Source: Eledone cirrhosa (taxonomy: Eukaryota). From it: a stretch of DNA of 64,000 nt. The position numbers and the translations under genes were made by a program. Positions 63,351 through 64,000 of the stretch are shown one piece after another. How positions within the stretch are numbered: the stretch's first letter is position 1; each line of letters opens with the position of its first letter. The DNA is taken from the NCBI GenBank assembly GCA_964016885.1, contig OZ024757.1:43090001-43154000 (forward strand), read 5' to 3'. A model generated the notes under the pieces. The model saw only the letters and a list, made by a program, of their open reading frames with translations, was not told the DNA's origin and searched no databases.

Positions 63351-64000
63351 GCCCATGCGCCAAGACCGCCAGACCGTACTGCGCATGCGCCAAGGGCGCC
63401 GGACCGTAGTGCGCATGCGCCAAGGCCGCCTGACTGTACTGCGCATGCGTCAAGGTCGCAGTACCGAACTGCGCATGCGCTAAGGCCGCCGAACCGCATT
63501 GCGCATGCGCCAAGGCCACCTGACTGTACTGCGCATGCGTCAAGGTCGCAGTACCGAACTGCGCATGCGCTAAGGCCGCCGGACCGTACTGCGCATGCGC
63601 CAAGGCCGCCGGACCGTAGTGCGCATGCGCCAAGGCCGCCTGACTGTACTGCGCATGCATCAAGGTCCCAGTACCGTACTGCGCATGCACCAAGGCCACC
63701 AGGACGTAGTGCGCATGCGCCAAGGCCATCGGACCGTAGTGCGCATGCGCCAAGTCTGCCAGACCGTAGTGCGCATGCGCCAAAGCCACCGGACCGTACT
63801 GCGCATGTGCCAAGGCCACCGGAACGTAGTGCGCATGCGGCAAGGTCGCTGGACCGTAGTGCGCATGCGCCAAGACCGACGGTCCGGTGGCTTTGGCGCA
63901 TGCGCACTACGGTCCGGCGTCCTTGGCGCATGTGCAGTACGGTCCGGTGACCTTGGCGCATGCGCACTACGGTCCAGCTGCTTTGGCGCATGCGCAGTAC

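Larger units (their letters stand above)
1..64000. repeat. 30-bp GC-rich satellite array (consensus GGCCTTGGCGCATGCGCACTACGGTCCGGC), ~2,000 diverged monomers in alternating-orientation blocks; runs off both window ends
   Basis: GCGCATGCGC recurs every 30 nt throughout. ORF translations are 10-aa periodic (AHAHYGPAAL, LGACALRSGG, MRQGRRTVVR, SAHAPRPPDR, PWRMRTTVRR). Only ~3.2 kb of AT-rich spacers interrupt the array. Confidence 0.99.
56195..64000 (+). repeat. Direct duplication with offset 5260-5261 bp; second copy truncated by the window end
   Basis: ORF pairs 56283/61544, 56808/62069 and 57891/63151; junctions at 56620/61881 and 58618/63878. Confidence 0.87.

Noticed and set aside
1-64000. 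CRISPR array (about 30-bp palindromic repeats, AT-rich leader-like segments)
   Set aside because: There are no unique spacers: the sequence between cores is itself the repeat. No cas genes are present and the orientation flips constantly.
1-64000. Site-specific invertase, shufflon or integron-like cassette system
   Set aside because: No recombinase gene or cargo is present. Identical junctions carry identical flanking variants, which indicates copying by duplication rather than repeated site-specific recombination.
1-64000. Whole region as a sequencing fold-back artefact or synthetic sequence
   Set aside because: Arms on either side of a junction are not exact mirrors, junction types recur in both orientations with lineage-specific SNPs, and variation follows CpG decay. 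Individual large duplications still need read support.
1-64000. Assignment as centromeric, telomeric or to a named species or satellite family
   Set aside because: No telomeric repeat or CENP-B box was seen, and I do not recognise the monomer as a named family. A database search is needed.

Overview
The whole 64-kb window is one non-coding, GC-rich (consensus 22/30 G+C) satellite array of about 2,000 copies of a 30-bp monomer, consensus GGCCTTGGCGCATGCGCACTACGGTCCGGC (orientation F; its reverse complement is R). Each monomer carries the 10-bp palindrome GCGCATGCGC. There is no credible gene, RNA gene, transposase or CRISPR. The hundreds of ORFs arise because the monomer length is a multiple of 3 and the consensus has no stop codon in 5 of 6 frames. 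The architecture is unusual. By manual count the array flips orientation 52 times (blocks of ~0.1-2.9 kb), and the flips follow a polarity rule. 18 of 26 F->R flips carry an AT-rich spacer (268, 235 or 56 bp, a nested deletion series of one sequence with a decayed ~10-bp TAAAATGGCT periodicity). No R->F flip carries the spacer, and 20 of 26 R->F flips use one junction, GAACC|GCATGCGCACAAAG. The repeating unit therefore looks like a foldback cassette (satellite arm - AT loop - inverted satellite arm). It has been re-amplified by tandem duplications (240 bp, 330 bp, 1.6, 2.8, 3.9, 5.3 and 7.1 kb) and by large inversions, including a multi-kb quasi-palindrome centred near 41.36 kb. Monomer variants show TpG and CpA changes at all five CpGs, which suggests a CpG-methylating eukaryote. 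The host cannot be identified from the sequence, and coordinates were read by eye (+/- a few bp).
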